From: Macrostomum lignano
Lineage: Eukaryota
Direction: 5' to 3'
Assembly (NCBI GenBank): GCA_002269645.1
Contig: NIVC01000630.1
Span: 438,122 to 502,121 of the forward strand
Length of the DNA: 64,000 nt
The position numbers and the translations under genes were made by a program. Below are positions 31,801 to 56,079 of this stretch, piece after piece; within the stretch, counting starts at the first letter, position 1; the number at the start of each line of letters is the position of its first letter. The notes below the pieces were generated by a model. It had not been told where the DNA came from, did not search any database, and saw nothing but the letters and a program-made list of their open reading frames with translations.

Positions 31801-33107
31801 AGGAAAGACAGTAGAGTTTCAGGATAGACAGTGGGATGTCAGGATAGACAGTAGGGTGTCAGGAAAGACACTGGGATGTCAGGATAGACAGTAGGGTGTC
31901 AGTAAAGACACTGGGATGTCAGGATAGACAGTAGGGTGTCAGGATAGACAGTAGGAGGGTGTCAGGAAAGACAGTAGAGTTTCAGGATAGACAGTGGGAT
32001 GTCAGGATAGACAGTAGTGTGTCAGTAAAGACACTGGGATGTCAGGATAGACAGTAGGGTGTCAGGATAGACAGTAGGAGGGTGTCAGGAAAGACAGTAG
32101 AGTTTCAGGATAGACAGTGGGATGTCAGGATAGACAGTAGGGTGTCAGGAAAGACACTGGGATGTCAGGATAGACAGTAGGGTGTCAGTAAAGACACTGG
32201 GATGTCAGGATAGACAGTAGGGTGTCAGGATAGACAGTAGGAGGGTGTCAGGAAAGACAGTAGAGTTTCAGGATAGACACTGGGATGTCAGGATAGACAG
32301 TAGGGTGTCAGGATAGACAGTAGGAGGGTGTCAGGAAAGACAGTAGAGTTTCAGGATAGACAGTGGGATGTCAGGATAGACAGTAGTGTGTCAGTAAAGA
32401 CACTGGGATGTCAGGATAGACAGTAGGGTGTCAGGATAGACAGTAGGAGGGTGTCAGGAAAGACAGTAGAGTTTCAGGATAGACAGTGGGATGTCAGGAT
32501 AGACAGTAGGGTGTCAGGAAAGACACTGGGATGTCAGGATAGACAGTAGGGTGTCAGTAAAGACACTGGGATGTCAGGATAGACAGTAGGGTGTCAGGAT
32601 AGACAGTAGGAGGGTGTCAGGAAAGACAGTAGAGTTTCAGGATAGACAGTGGGATGTCAGGATAGACAGTAGTGTGTCAGTAAAGACACTGGGATGTCAG
32701 GATAGACAGTAGGGTGTCAGGATAGACAGTAGGAGGGTGTCAGGAAAGACAGTAGAGTTTCAGGATAGACAGTGGGATGTCAGGATAGACAGTAGGGTGT
32801 CAGGAAAGACACTGGGATGTCACTAAAGACAGTGGGATGTCAGGATAGACAGTAGGGTGTCAGGAAAGACACTGGGATGTCACTAAAGACAGTGGGATGT
32901 CAGGATAGACACTGGGATGTCACTAAAGACAGTAGGGTGTCAGGAAAGACAGTAGGATGTCAGGATAGACAGTAGGGTGTCAGGAAAGACAGTGGGGGCC
33001 AGGTGATACTGCAGTTGTCGAGAGTCACCTATATTTTTTCTGCAGATCAAAAGGGATTGAATCAAAGTAAAGTGTCAAACAAACCAAAATCAATGAATCG
33101 CTTTTGA
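28882..33107 (+). CDS. Putative small spliced gene (about 85 aa, coiled-coil-like) not visible in the ORF track
   Basis: Candidate exons 28882-28911 (ATG; weak donor GTAAAA), 29020-29153, 30064-30092 (29 nt; TTTCCCAG|...|GTAAGT), 33046-33107 (TTTTTTCTGCAG|...TGA). Phases 0/2/1 are compatible and give MEAYYQSKAVLLRLLAQLRREEILLHNKFCFEAKLDFVERQTEKRKQEVLLESVGIRMHGVPCSYQKGLNQSKVSNKPKSMNRF. No homology recognised. Confidence 0.42.
29235..29890. repeat. 26-bp minisatellite (CGCCAGATCTAGTTCTGAGGTT[G/T]TGG), inverted relative of the 27660-28825 array
   Basis: Period 26 (CGCCAG at 29241 and 29267); reverse-complement core CAGAACTAGATCTGGCGCC. Confidence 0.95.
30110..32995. repeat. 20-bp minisatellite (CAGGATAGACAGTAGG[A/G]TGT) with higher-order repeats
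   Basis: Direct reading; marker CTAAAGACATTAGGG at 30661 and 31599 (938 bp apart). Confidence 0.96.
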
Positions 33108-33404
33108 CAAGCAAGTCTATCCTAGAATTTTGCAACAAAAGTACACAAATCTGCTTTCATAAAGACAACGAAATGTAAAGCCCTTACTGTGGAAAGCAAT
33201 TACTACTCAATAATAGAATCTATGAATATTAAATACGATAAATATTCATGCGCATATACAAACCCAAAAATACATGTATGTAGACTGTGACAATCATGAC
33301 TTGAGGGTATTATAAATTATGCAAAAAGTATGCTTCCAGTTCATTGTATATACTGATCGTACGGCTGAATTCCTTGACTGGTATAAGAGTGGCAGCCATA
33401 GTAG

Positions 33405-34040
33405 GAGTGACAGTCTCAATAAGAGTGACAGTCTTAATAATTGAGTGACAGCCTCAATTAGAGTTGACAGTCTCAATAAGAGTGACAGTCTTAATAATTG
33501 AGTGACAGCCTCAATTAGAGTTGACAGTCTCAATAAGAGTGACAGCCTCAATAAGAGTGACAGTCTCAATAAGAGTAACAGTCTTAATAATTGAGTGACA
33601 GCCTCAATAAGAGTTGACAGTCTCAATAAGAGTGACAGTCTCAATAAGAGTGACAGTCTCAATAAGAGTGACAGCCTCAATAAGAGTGACAGCCTCAATA
33701 AGAGTGACAGTCTCAATAAGAGTGACAGCCTCAATAAGAGTGACAGCCTCAATAAGAGTGACAGTCTTAATAATTGAGTGACAGCCTCAATAAGAGTTGA
33801 AAGTCTCAATAAGAGTGAAAGCCTCAATAAAAGTGACAGCCTCAATAAGAGTGACAGCCTCAATAAGAGTGACAGCCTCAATAAGAGTGACAGTCTTAAT
33901 AATTGAGTGACAGCCTCAATAAGAGTTGACAGTCTCAATAAGAGTGAAAGCCTCAATAAAAGTGACAGCCTCAATAAGAGTGACAGCCTCAATAAGAGTG
34001 ACAGTCTCAAAAAGAGTGACGGCCTCAATAAGAGTGACAG
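33405..34040. repeat. 18-bp minisatellite (GTGACAG[C/T]CTCAATAAGA)
   Basis: Direct reading. Confidence 0.94.
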
Positions 34041-34719
34041 TGCCAGTAAATGTGACAGGCTTATGAGTGACAGTTACAACAGAGTGAACAATTCTTTTCA
34101 ATTGAAAAAGGCAGACACAATAAAGCAGAAGGTTTGAATGCATTCGCATCATACATGTTGCTTTCATAATCATAAAGCATGTGTGTATTTTTCTAGATAA
34201 ACTATTCATAATCGGCAAGTGTACCAGTACTAAGTCGATAGAATCACTTCGAATCTAGAACAGGGAAAAATTGCATAATTTTATATTCACTGACTGAGTA
34301 ATTCTGAAATCGTGAAAAATAAGTTATGATGCATATTTTTACAAGGCAAATCAATATTGTAACAATTAGCACCATTATGTACTATATATGATTAGCGAGG
34401 GTCTTTTATTGTATAATTAGTGTAATTAAAAGCACAAATAATTATACAAGCACAGCCGCACCAAAGCATCAATTTATTAATTCATAAATTTATTATTAAT
34501 CAAAAATGAAATCAATGTTCAGAAACAATCGACAGGAAGAAAACTGGATTAATACAAAGATTTCTAATCGCAGATATAGAAACAGAATTAAAAACCTTAG
34601 TAGCACTACTGCAAGTAAGCTATAACGATTAGTTTTTATTGCGTGATTTTAAAAAAAATTGTTTAGAAAAATTTGTACGGTCGGACGACTAGCCCTAAGT
34701 TTCCGATTAGCAAAGAGCC

Positions 34720-35425
34720 GTCAAATCCGCCCCTTGAATAACAACAGAATCGTCAAATCCGCCCCTTGAATAACAACAGAATCGTCAAATCCGCCTCTTA
34801 AATAACAACAGAATTGTCAAATCCGCCCCCTTGAATAACAACAGAATCGTCAAATCCGCCCCTTGAATAACAACAGAATCGTCAAATCCGCCCCTTGAAT
34901 AACAACAGAATCGTCAAATCTGCCCCTTAAATAACAACAGAATTGTCAAATCCGCCCCCCGAACAACAATAGAATCGTCAAATCCGCCCCTTGAATAACA
35001 ACAGAATCGTCAAATCCGCCCCCGAACAACAATAGAATCGTCAAATCCGCCCCTCGAATAACAACAGAATCGTCAAATCCGCCCCGAACAACAATAGAAT
35101 CGTCAAATCCGCCCCTTGAACAACAGAATCGTCAAATCCGCCCCGAACAACAATAGAATCGTCAAATCCGCCCCTTGAACAACAGAATCGTCAAATCCGC
35201 CCCGAACAACAATAGAATCGTCAAATCCGCCCCTTGAACAACAGAATCGTCAAATCCGCCCCTTGAACAACAACAGAATCGTCAAATCCGCCCCTTAAAT
35301 AACAACAGAATCGTCAAATCCGCCCCTTAAATAACAACAGAATCGTCAAATCCGCCCCCTCGAACAACAATAGAATCGTCAAATCCGCCCCCTGAATAAC
35401 AACAGAATCGTCAAATCCGCCCCCT
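34720..35425. repeat. About 32-bp minisatellite (AATCGTCAAATCCGCCCCTTGAATAACAACAG) immediately 3-prime of the VPS35L stop
   Basis: Period 32 (TCAAATCC at 34721 and 34753); minus-strand AATAAA at 34640-34635 just beyond it. Confidence 0.93.
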
Positions 35426-35437
35426 ACATCCCAAAAG

Positions 35438-47904
<12,467 letters not shown>

Positions 47905-49840
47905 CTTATTTAAAATATTTTTACTGAATTGCAGGCAAACATATCATTAAATAAGTGATTGTAATATTTTTTTCAAATCATATATAATCACCGTACTAAA
48001 CAAGCAAAATTTACATAATTTTGGGTAAATGGCGGGAGTAACTATAACTGTATTATTAAAATTAAATGCCTCAGCATCTATTTAGCACTGTCTGTATTTT
48101 GGGGTGGGTATTTTTGCAGCTTGCCTTGGCTGGGCCCCTCGCAAGCCAACTGGATCGGCCAGAGGCTGTGCAAAATCCCTTCAAAAATTGTGATCCCAAT
48201 ACTAGCCAATCCAAAAAAATTTGATACCTATTTGAACTTTATATATGCTTTTAACAAGTTAACACATTAGAATAGAATCCCACTCCTGAAATCCAAAACC
48301 CTGACAAAAATTGGAATGTCTATCTTTGTCTACACCATAGTTTGGAAGGTGACATGTATGCCAGGATTTCTTGGCATAGAACAAAGGTACTTGCCATTTT
48401 TTAGCATATATTAGCATATATCCTGGGTGTATATCCTGGTGTACATGACATAGTGGAAACATTTTTTAGTCCTGGCATTATGAGTTCTTGTGCTTTTTTC
48501 TAGCATTAGACCTAGCATACACTAATACACAATCTGAACTATGGTGTCTTCATGACAATAAGACATCATGAATATTAGTTATTATATTAGGCTATGTTAA
48601 GTCTTGCAATACCAAATAGAATTAATGAGATGTCAAGGCTCCTGGGATGAATTGCTGGGACATAGACTTACTTAGAGGATTACTAAAATGCTATAGCTTA
48701 TAAGGGAAAAGGTTATTAAGCTGCCAAAGATCAATTAAGAATTGTTTATAGGCCTAGCATAGCATTAAAGGAAAAAAAGACTGAGTTAAAGATAAGCCAT
48801 GGCTTAAAAGGAAAGGCTTTTCATATTGTACATACTATTAGAGATTGCCACTTAATAAATATACCCCTAACCTATATGCCTAAATTAATGTGATCCCAAT
48901 ATTGATACCAAATAAAAAAGACTATTTCTATTAGGGCCTACAAGAATGATTTCTCTCTATTGCAATCAATGACCATTATTATGGACAATTTCCAACATGG
49001 ATTGGCCTTGGTAGTGCAAATGCAATCTAGCATATTAGGCCTAGCATAGTCTGGCACAGGAAAGGGAGACATCTAGGTTCATAGACACTTTATCTTACAA
49101 CTTTGTCTTGAGGGCGAGAGCAGCCCCTATTACCATTATAAATCTTATACTTTTGGCATCTACTTTGAAAAGAGGACACTTTGTCTGAGTTTGGTCAGTT
49201 TGTCATCTATCAATAAAAACAATTATAGACTCAATTTATAAATGCTACTATATACAAGTATATAAAAATAGAGGCTGAATTATGAGACTTCAAGGCTATG
49301 AACTTAATATCCCTTCCTTTTTTATTCTGGACTTGGGACTAGAAAATTGCAGAGTTACAAACATAGACTTTTGTATTAATAACTAGTATATATAAAATGA
49401 AATGCAATTTAGAAGACAAATTAGAAGACAATGTTTAGAAGACAATAGACAAATTTGCTTTACATCATCTACATTTCTATATTAAAATAAATTGGACATG
49501 CATCATTGCACACAGTTATAGGCCTAGTCTTTGCACTTTTCAACCAATGAAGACTTGGCCTAAGTTTCTGACACAATTCTTTTTGTCTTCTCTAACCTTT
49601 AAAATTTGCTGAATAATAATAGACCAACAAAATTTATCTGTGACAATTAGGCCTAGGCATAATTGTCACAGATAAATACCTAGGTCCTAGGCTTAGGCCT
49701 AGCTGCCTAGGTACTATTCCAATTAGGCCTAACTTCTCCTATGGTAGCCAGATAATAATGGCCTAAGGCTACTGCATGGCCATGGTTATTACTGGTTGAT
49801 TGGGCATTTGCATTACCTTGAGATGGTCTAATACTGTAGT

Positions 49841-50537
49841 AGAGGATGTAGGCAAATTTAGCAACAAACAAATTCGGCGACAGAAATTAGGCCCCAACAT
49901 GGAAAAATTTGGTGAAAGCAATTTCGGCGACAGTCTTTGTAAGTAAGTCCTATTTACTGATTGCACCCATGAGGCTTCAGATATAAGCCATCTGTCAGAC
50001 TAACCCCTATCCCCTTCGTTAACAGTACTGTGTGTGTACAAGACGACAGACGTACAACACGTCTTAAACTTGAGTACGATGTACGAGGGAATGAGGTGTG
50101 CATCGTCATTCGTCAGCTGAGCGCACTGTAGAAAAGTGTACATCAAGTCCAAGAATTACTGTCAATTGATACTATACTGGCAAAGAGGTGTCTTAAGACT
50201 CTAGCCACTAAACTCTTGCATGACTTTTGGCTTTGATATAAGAAATTTTGTTCCACAAAAATAGGACATTGCGCAGATCTTTAACCAAAAGAACATTTCT
50301 TGGAAAATACATTTGAAAAGTACAGGGATAATAATCGATAAAACAAACGCAATTAAAAGGAAAGATAGCTAAAATGCAAATTTTAATACCAAATTGTACT
50401 AAAATAATAATTAGGATTATACAAAATTGTTTTGTCGCCGAAAGCGACTAGGTTGTTGCCGAATCTGCTTTTACCGAATTTGTCCAGTGAATTTCAGTCG
50501 CTGAATTTGTTTGTCACCGAATTGGTCAGCACCCTCT
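49841..50537. mobile_element. MITE-like non-autonomous DNA element with about 100-bp imperfect terminal inverted repeats
   Basis: Left AGAGGATGTAGGCAAATTTAGCAACAAACAAATTCGGCGACAGAAATT aligns with the reverse complement of the right end AGAGGGTGCTGACCAATTCGGTGACAAACAAATTCAGCGACTGAAATT; repeated TTCGGCGACA subterminal motifs; no target-site duplication identified. Confidence 0.6.
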
Positions 50538-50856
50538 GATAGATATGCAAAATATATTCCTTGATTTATTGGAGTTCCTCCCCAAAATATTTTCTTCCTA
50601 AATATAGTGTCGAAAGGTAGAGTCGCTGCCACCAATCAAAGCTAAGATTAAGTATTGACTGAGCTAGGGACAAACAAGGATTTAAAATAGAAAACATTAT
50701 TACTAATTGTTAGAGCCTTACTTACTATTACTATTATTAATATATTAATAAAGGAGGATTCTATTTAAATCATCAATCATACAATAATGCCTACAAACAC
50801 AGAGCTACATGTACGGCCGAACGGGACTGGTCTGTTGTATCTCTACCAGTAAATGG

Positions 50857-51235
50857 GGGAGCCGTAGCCCAGCGGTAGCGAGCTGCTCTGGTGTGCCCCA
50901 GGCTCGATTCCAAGTGCAATCAGATTAATTTGGGGCTGAATTGGAATCTCGGCTTGGCTCTGCTCGTGCAATTAACGGCCTTGAGAGCCAACGTACCCCC
51001 CAAGCAAGGCGCAGTGAAGTGTACATGCCTAACGATAAAATAAAGTTAGGGCCGCTGTACACGTACACTCCTGTGTGAGTGTGTGCTGCGTACGTATCCG
51101 CGCGCTTGTATGTCTGCTCAGGGGAGTCGGCGGAATGGGCAGTAATGCCTCTCGCCGGTTGTGTGCCAATGTCGCTTAAAGTGCGCCAGGGTGCACGCAA
51201 CCCCCCTGCCTCTAACAATAAAACATAACATAAAT
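50857..51235 (+). mobile_element. tRNA-derived SINE-like element (or tRNA pseudogene head plus body)
   Basis: Pol III A box TAGCCCAGCGG (50865-50875) and B-box-like GGCTCGATTCC (50901-50911); spacing is too short for an intact cloverleaf; AACAATAAAACATAACATAA tail at about 51213-51235. The 3-prime boundary is inferred. Confidence 0.5.
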
Positions 51236-51869
51236 CTCTGCTAGTACATGTAATTGAACACAGACCAATTGTGGAAATTGATTATTGTGATGAGGACGCA
51301 TTTTTTCAATCTTAAAACCGCACCTTTTGCTTTGATGCGCTCTTTCCCCTACTGTTCAGTAGGCTAACTTAGATTTTCTCTCTATTCTCTCATCTAGGCG
51401 GAGTTCTATAATTTATGACATTATTATTATTTATGTTAGATTACTCAAGGTAAGGTACTTCCGTTAGGATTCTAATTTTGGATTGTTTACGCATCTTTGA
51501 AGGTCAGACTGTCTGGGTCTGAGGCGGATTGACCTCTAACAGTCTAGACAGGCGACACTACATCTGGGAGGAATGTTTTTAATCGCATTCTGACCCCCTG
51601 ATTTGAGACTTTTTCACTGTTTTTTAGTGACTTATGGCGGTCTAGCTGTCACTTTGACTCCAGCCTGTCTGGGTCAAAGAGGTCTTTCCAGCTTTCTCCC
51701 CACTCGCTCTGTTACCTTCTCCTTTGATTTAAGGGCGTTTTGCAGTCACTTTTGGCGCCAGGATGTCTAGACAAGTGACTTTTATTATCCTTTGCACATG
51801 ATTTATTACCGCACCTGTCAACTTCCCTGGGGTCTGAAGGCCACCTGGTGGGGTGGGTTTTGGGGTCTT

Positions 51870-52122
51870 GAGCTCAGCCAATCAGAGACGACCTGACTGC
51901 CCCCGGCTCGTCCAATCAGAAAATTCGGCGCCTATTTTAACAAAAGCTCTCAGCCAATCAGAAAATTCGGCGCGCGTTATAACAAATCGGCCGCATGAGA
52001 GCTATAAAAGGCGGCAACTTGACCCGCGCTCGAAAATGGCCGACCGACTTCCTGCCTTCCGGCACACCCTGACCTTGGCTTTGGCCGGTCCTGCCGACTG
52101 TAGATTTGTTTTAGGGGTAAGA
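51870..52122 (+). promoter_or_regulatory. Pol II promoter-like module: three CCAAT boxes, TATAAAAG, YY1-like and ETS-like motifs, then a GTAAGA donor
   Basis: CCAAT at 51878, 51912, 51954; TATAAAAG 52003-52010; AAAATGGCCG at about 52033; CTTCCGG at about 52057; GGG|GTAAGA at about 52115. Motif match only. Confidence 0.55.
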
Positions 52123-52494
52123 AAAGGCTTGGCCACTGCGCGGCCCTGAGCGCCAATATATATATTTAGAAATCGATATTTGCGTGGGGTGGAGTTGCGC
52201 CTGATAAACAAGAAGCGTGCAAGCTGATTGGCTGCAGAGCGACGGGGGCAGGCATTGTGCACTTTAGGGTCAGAGAGTTAAACGGTGTACGGCCAACATC
52301 CTTCTCCAAGCGGATAAATGTTAGGAGATAAGAGCAAATGGGAAGCTAAGTAGTAGACATTTCGAAGTGGGAATCAGAGGGGAATGGATGTGAATGAAAA
52401 GTATTAAAATACACGGATGTGAGAACGAATATTCATTAGGGCAAAAACACAAATATGAGCATGGATAAGAATTTAAGCATTAGTTACGATCAAA

Positions 52495-52955
52495 TGAGCA
52501 TTGCTTATGAAAATAGACACGAGCATTAGTTTCGAATATAAATAAGAGCATTAGTTTCGAATACTCGTATAAATACGAGCATTGGTTTCGAATATAAATA
52601 CGAGCATTAGTTTCGAATATAAAAACGAGCATTAGTTTCGAATATAAAACGAGCATTAGTTTCGAATATAAAAACGAGCATTAGTTTCGAATATAAAAAC
52701 GAGCATTAGTTTCGAATATAAAACGAGCATTAGTTTCGAATATAAAACGAGCATTAGTTTCGAATATAAAACGAGCATTAGTTTCGAATATAAAACGAGC
52801 ATTAGTTTCGAATATAAAAACGAGCATTAGTTTCGAATATAAAACGAGCATTAGTTTCGAATGTAAAAACGAGCATTAGTTTCGAATATAAAAACGAGCA
52901 TTAGTTTCGAATATAAATACAAGCATTAGTTTCGAATATAAATACGAGCATTATT
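52495..52955. repeat. 24/25-bp minisatellite (GAGCATTAGTTTCGAATATAAAA[A]C)
   Basis: Direct reading. Confidence 0.94.
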
Positions 52956-53153
52956 TGCGAATATTTGGCCTTTGAGGCAAAAGCTAAAAGCTATGCAGCT
53001 GAAGAGTGAAGATTAAAAATAAAACAAGACCGGCAGGGACACCCCTTTACCAAAAATAGGGAGGGCACAGTTTGCTTGTAAAATTTAAAAGATCAGTCAG
53101 TTTTTTGCAAAGTCAGTCAATTAGCTCAGTAGTTTAAACTCATTGGTCGGCTT

Positions 53154-55890
53154 TTACACGCACGTGGGTGAGCCCGCAGCGGACTCGGGTGACTTCGACC
53201 TGCCTTCGGTCGGTGGCGGCGTGGGCTCACCCACGTAGTGGTTGTCCCTGGTTGCTTCGGCGCTGGAGACCGCTGATGCTGGGAAGATTTGCCGGCTTAG
53301 GACGTCACTGGGATTGGTCGAGCCTGGCCTGTACATTGTCTCGAACACCAGGTCCTGGATGCTCAGTGCCATCCTCTCGATTCTTGGTGGCGGATGCGAT
53401 CCTGGCTTAAATAGGTGCACCAGCTGCTTGTGGTCAGTGACGACCCGGAAACCGGACGAACCACTGAGGTAATGGCGGAAGCGCAGGCAACCGAATTTGA
53501 CGGCGAGGGCTTGTCTTTCCGTCTGAAAATAGCGCGTCTCCACCGCTGACAGTGCGCGGCTTGCGTAGGCGATCGGTCGCAGGCTGCCGTCTGGCTGCTG
53601 TTGGCTGAGGATCGCTCCGAGTCCCGTCGGGCTGGCATCCACGATCACTTCTGTGGGTCTGCGCTTGTCAAAGAATGCCAGTGTGCTGCTCGCGGAGATC
53701 GAGTTCTTGATGGCGCTGAAAGCAGTCTCCTCAGCCGCTCCCCAGGACCACGGCGCATCCTTTCTGGTCAGATCTCGCAGGGGCTTGGCTATGTCTGACA
53801 GGGCTGGGATAAAGCGACTGACAAAAGCCACAAGGCCGAGAAAGGACCTCACTTCGGACGCGTTTTTCGGTGCTCTGAATGCTTTCACAGCGCTCACCTT
53901 CTCGTCTGTCGGTTGGATGCCCTTCTCGGACAGGCGCATAGCGAGAAACTTGGCCTCCTTGACGGCGAACTTGCACTTTGCAGGATTTAAGGTGATGTTG
54001 TGCTCTTCTAGCCTTTGCAAGGTTGCCGCTAGCCGCTGGTTGTGCTCAATGATGGAGCTTGCATAGATGATAATGTCGTCATGTACCCAGCGGACTCCTG
54101 GAAGCCCACCGAGCACGCTGGTCATGACTCGTTGTAGAATCTCAGACGCTGACGTAAAGCCCATGCACAGGTGCGTCAGTCTCATGAGACCCTTCGGCGT
54201 CGAAAATGTTAGCAGATGGCGCGAGTCTTCTCGGACGCGGATCTGGTGGAACGCCTTGTTGATGTCCAACTCGGGGAAGTAGCGCGCACCGGCCATTTCA
54301 TCAGTGACCTCTTCAAAAGTTGGTATGGGCTGTTTCTCAGGCACTAAGAACTTGTTCACATCTCGCAGATCTTGGGTAATGCGCACTTGGCCAGGCTGCG
54401 ACTTCGGGACAACAACTATTCGTGCCACCCATTCGGACGGTCCGGTCACTTTCTCGATTATTCCAGCCTGCAGTTGATCGTCGAGCTCGCGCTGCGCAGC
54501 CTCCCGCAGATGCACGGAGATGCGACTTGGCGGATGGCAGACCGGCACGGCTCCGTCTTGCAGGTGGATGCCGACTTCAACGTCCTTGACGCACCCAATT
54601 CCCACAAATCGCTGCCTGAAGGTCTTGATAATGTTGCTGAGGCGCTCGTGCTGTGGCATTGCCTGATCGTCTGCCTCCGTCGCTGCGGCCGCCAATGCAG
54701 CGCTGAGTGGCTCATGGAACTCACCAGAGTCTTTCAGATGACAGACGCTGGGGTTGCTTGGTCCGATGCGTAGGATTCCCACCTCCTCGCTGGTTTCGCG
54801 GCCCACGATCGTCGTGCCCGTCTCCTTGACGATGATGTAGCTAATGCTGGCGCTGACGTCATAAACGGCGGTCCGGAGGGTCGCTTTGCCAAGAGTGGTG
54901 AGGGGTTCACTGGAGCCAAACGGGAAGACCCGCTGCCTTGACTCGCGAAGGTCGTCTGCCGTGCTTCCGATGGCCTTGAAAGTTTTTGAGTCCATTAGAT
55001 TGCAGCTGGCGCCGCTGTCGATTAGCAGGTCTGTGGCGTGGCCGTTGATGTCTGCTCTAACGAGCGGCAGTCGCTTACGCTGTGGCGTCAGGCAGAACAC
55101 CTCGCAGCTGCTCTCACTGTCTCGCTGTTGCTGATCACTCGGCTGCTCCTCGGCAATGGCGTGCACCTTTCTGGAGCTCGCGGGTTTGGACAAGCACGCT
55201 TTTGCCAGGTGGCCGACCTTGTTGCAGTTCCGACACGTCTTTCCTCTGGCCGCCTCGCACGTTCGGTGGTCCGACTCTCCACAGCGGATGCACTTTGTTC
55301 TGGTTCGCTCCGGTCGGTCTGGCTTCTCGATACGCCGCATTGCGTTCACAGACTCGCTCTTCCGCGCTTCGATGACTGCAGATTGAAGGTCGGCCGCCTC
55401 GAATGCCCCTGCTTGCTGCAGCGCTTCTTTGAGCTGGATATTGGGTTTCTGCAGCAACCTGCGCCGGAGCTGGTCTGACTGGCAGCCGGCGACAATTTGG
55501 TCTCGGATGATGAAATCCCGTTGAGTCTCGAATTCACAGCCTTCTGCAGCCTTGAACAGCCGTTGCACCCAGGCGTTGATGGCTTCGCCGGGCTGCTGCG
55601 TGCAGTGCCGGAATTCCTATCGCACGAATACCGGGTTGTGCCTGCTCTTGAAGTGCTCTCTGAGGGCGTCCAGGAGCTCTTCGAGGGTCTTGCCTGTCTT
55701 CGTGAGTTCTGCTTACGCTTCAGCCACCTGTTTGCCGCCGACGTAAAGTAGAATCTCTCGTTGTTGACTTGCATCTGTTATGCCGCTTGCAGTCACAAAG
55801 CACTTGAATCGGTTGGCCCATTCTGCCCACCGTGCTGAGAGGTTGTGTGGCTCTTTCTGAGTATCGAAAAGCTCAAATTTAGTGCCAAAA
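53154..55890 (-). mobile_element. Decayed Ty3/Gypsy LTR-retrotransposon internal fragment (Mag-like single gag-pol frame): gag, zinc knuckles, aspartic protease, RT, RNase H; integrase and own LTRs absent
   Basis: CRNCNKVGHLAKAC (CCHC knuckle), LLIDSGASCNL (protease), FPELDINKAFHQI and WVHDDII (RT), VDASPTGLGAILSQ, TDHKQL and YRPGSTNPSDVLSR (RNase H). The upstream gag frame (RWAEWANRFKCF) has stops TAA 55715-55713 and TAG 55619-55617 and no ATG. Clade assignment is from memory. Confidence 0.9.
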
Positions 55891-56079
55891 GTGTGCAGTT
55901 ACGTGTACTTGTACATGTACTTCTGGGAATTCGGTAATGAAATAGTACATTTAGTGGTGTATAAAGGCTCGCCAGCGCAAGAACCCCCTGCATAAGTCCT
56001 CTCTGTCCCTGCATGGCCAATGCGATCTTAGTCCCAGCAGCGTCCCTTCTATTCAGCTATGACTTCGAGATATAGACAG

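Noticed and set aside
55966-55974. TGGCGAGCC on the minus strand as a tRNA-Arg primer-binding site linking the LTR to gag
   Set aside because: Only 9 nt match, it is about 105 bp from the LTR end, and the target-site duplication on both sides indicates the LTR inserted independently.
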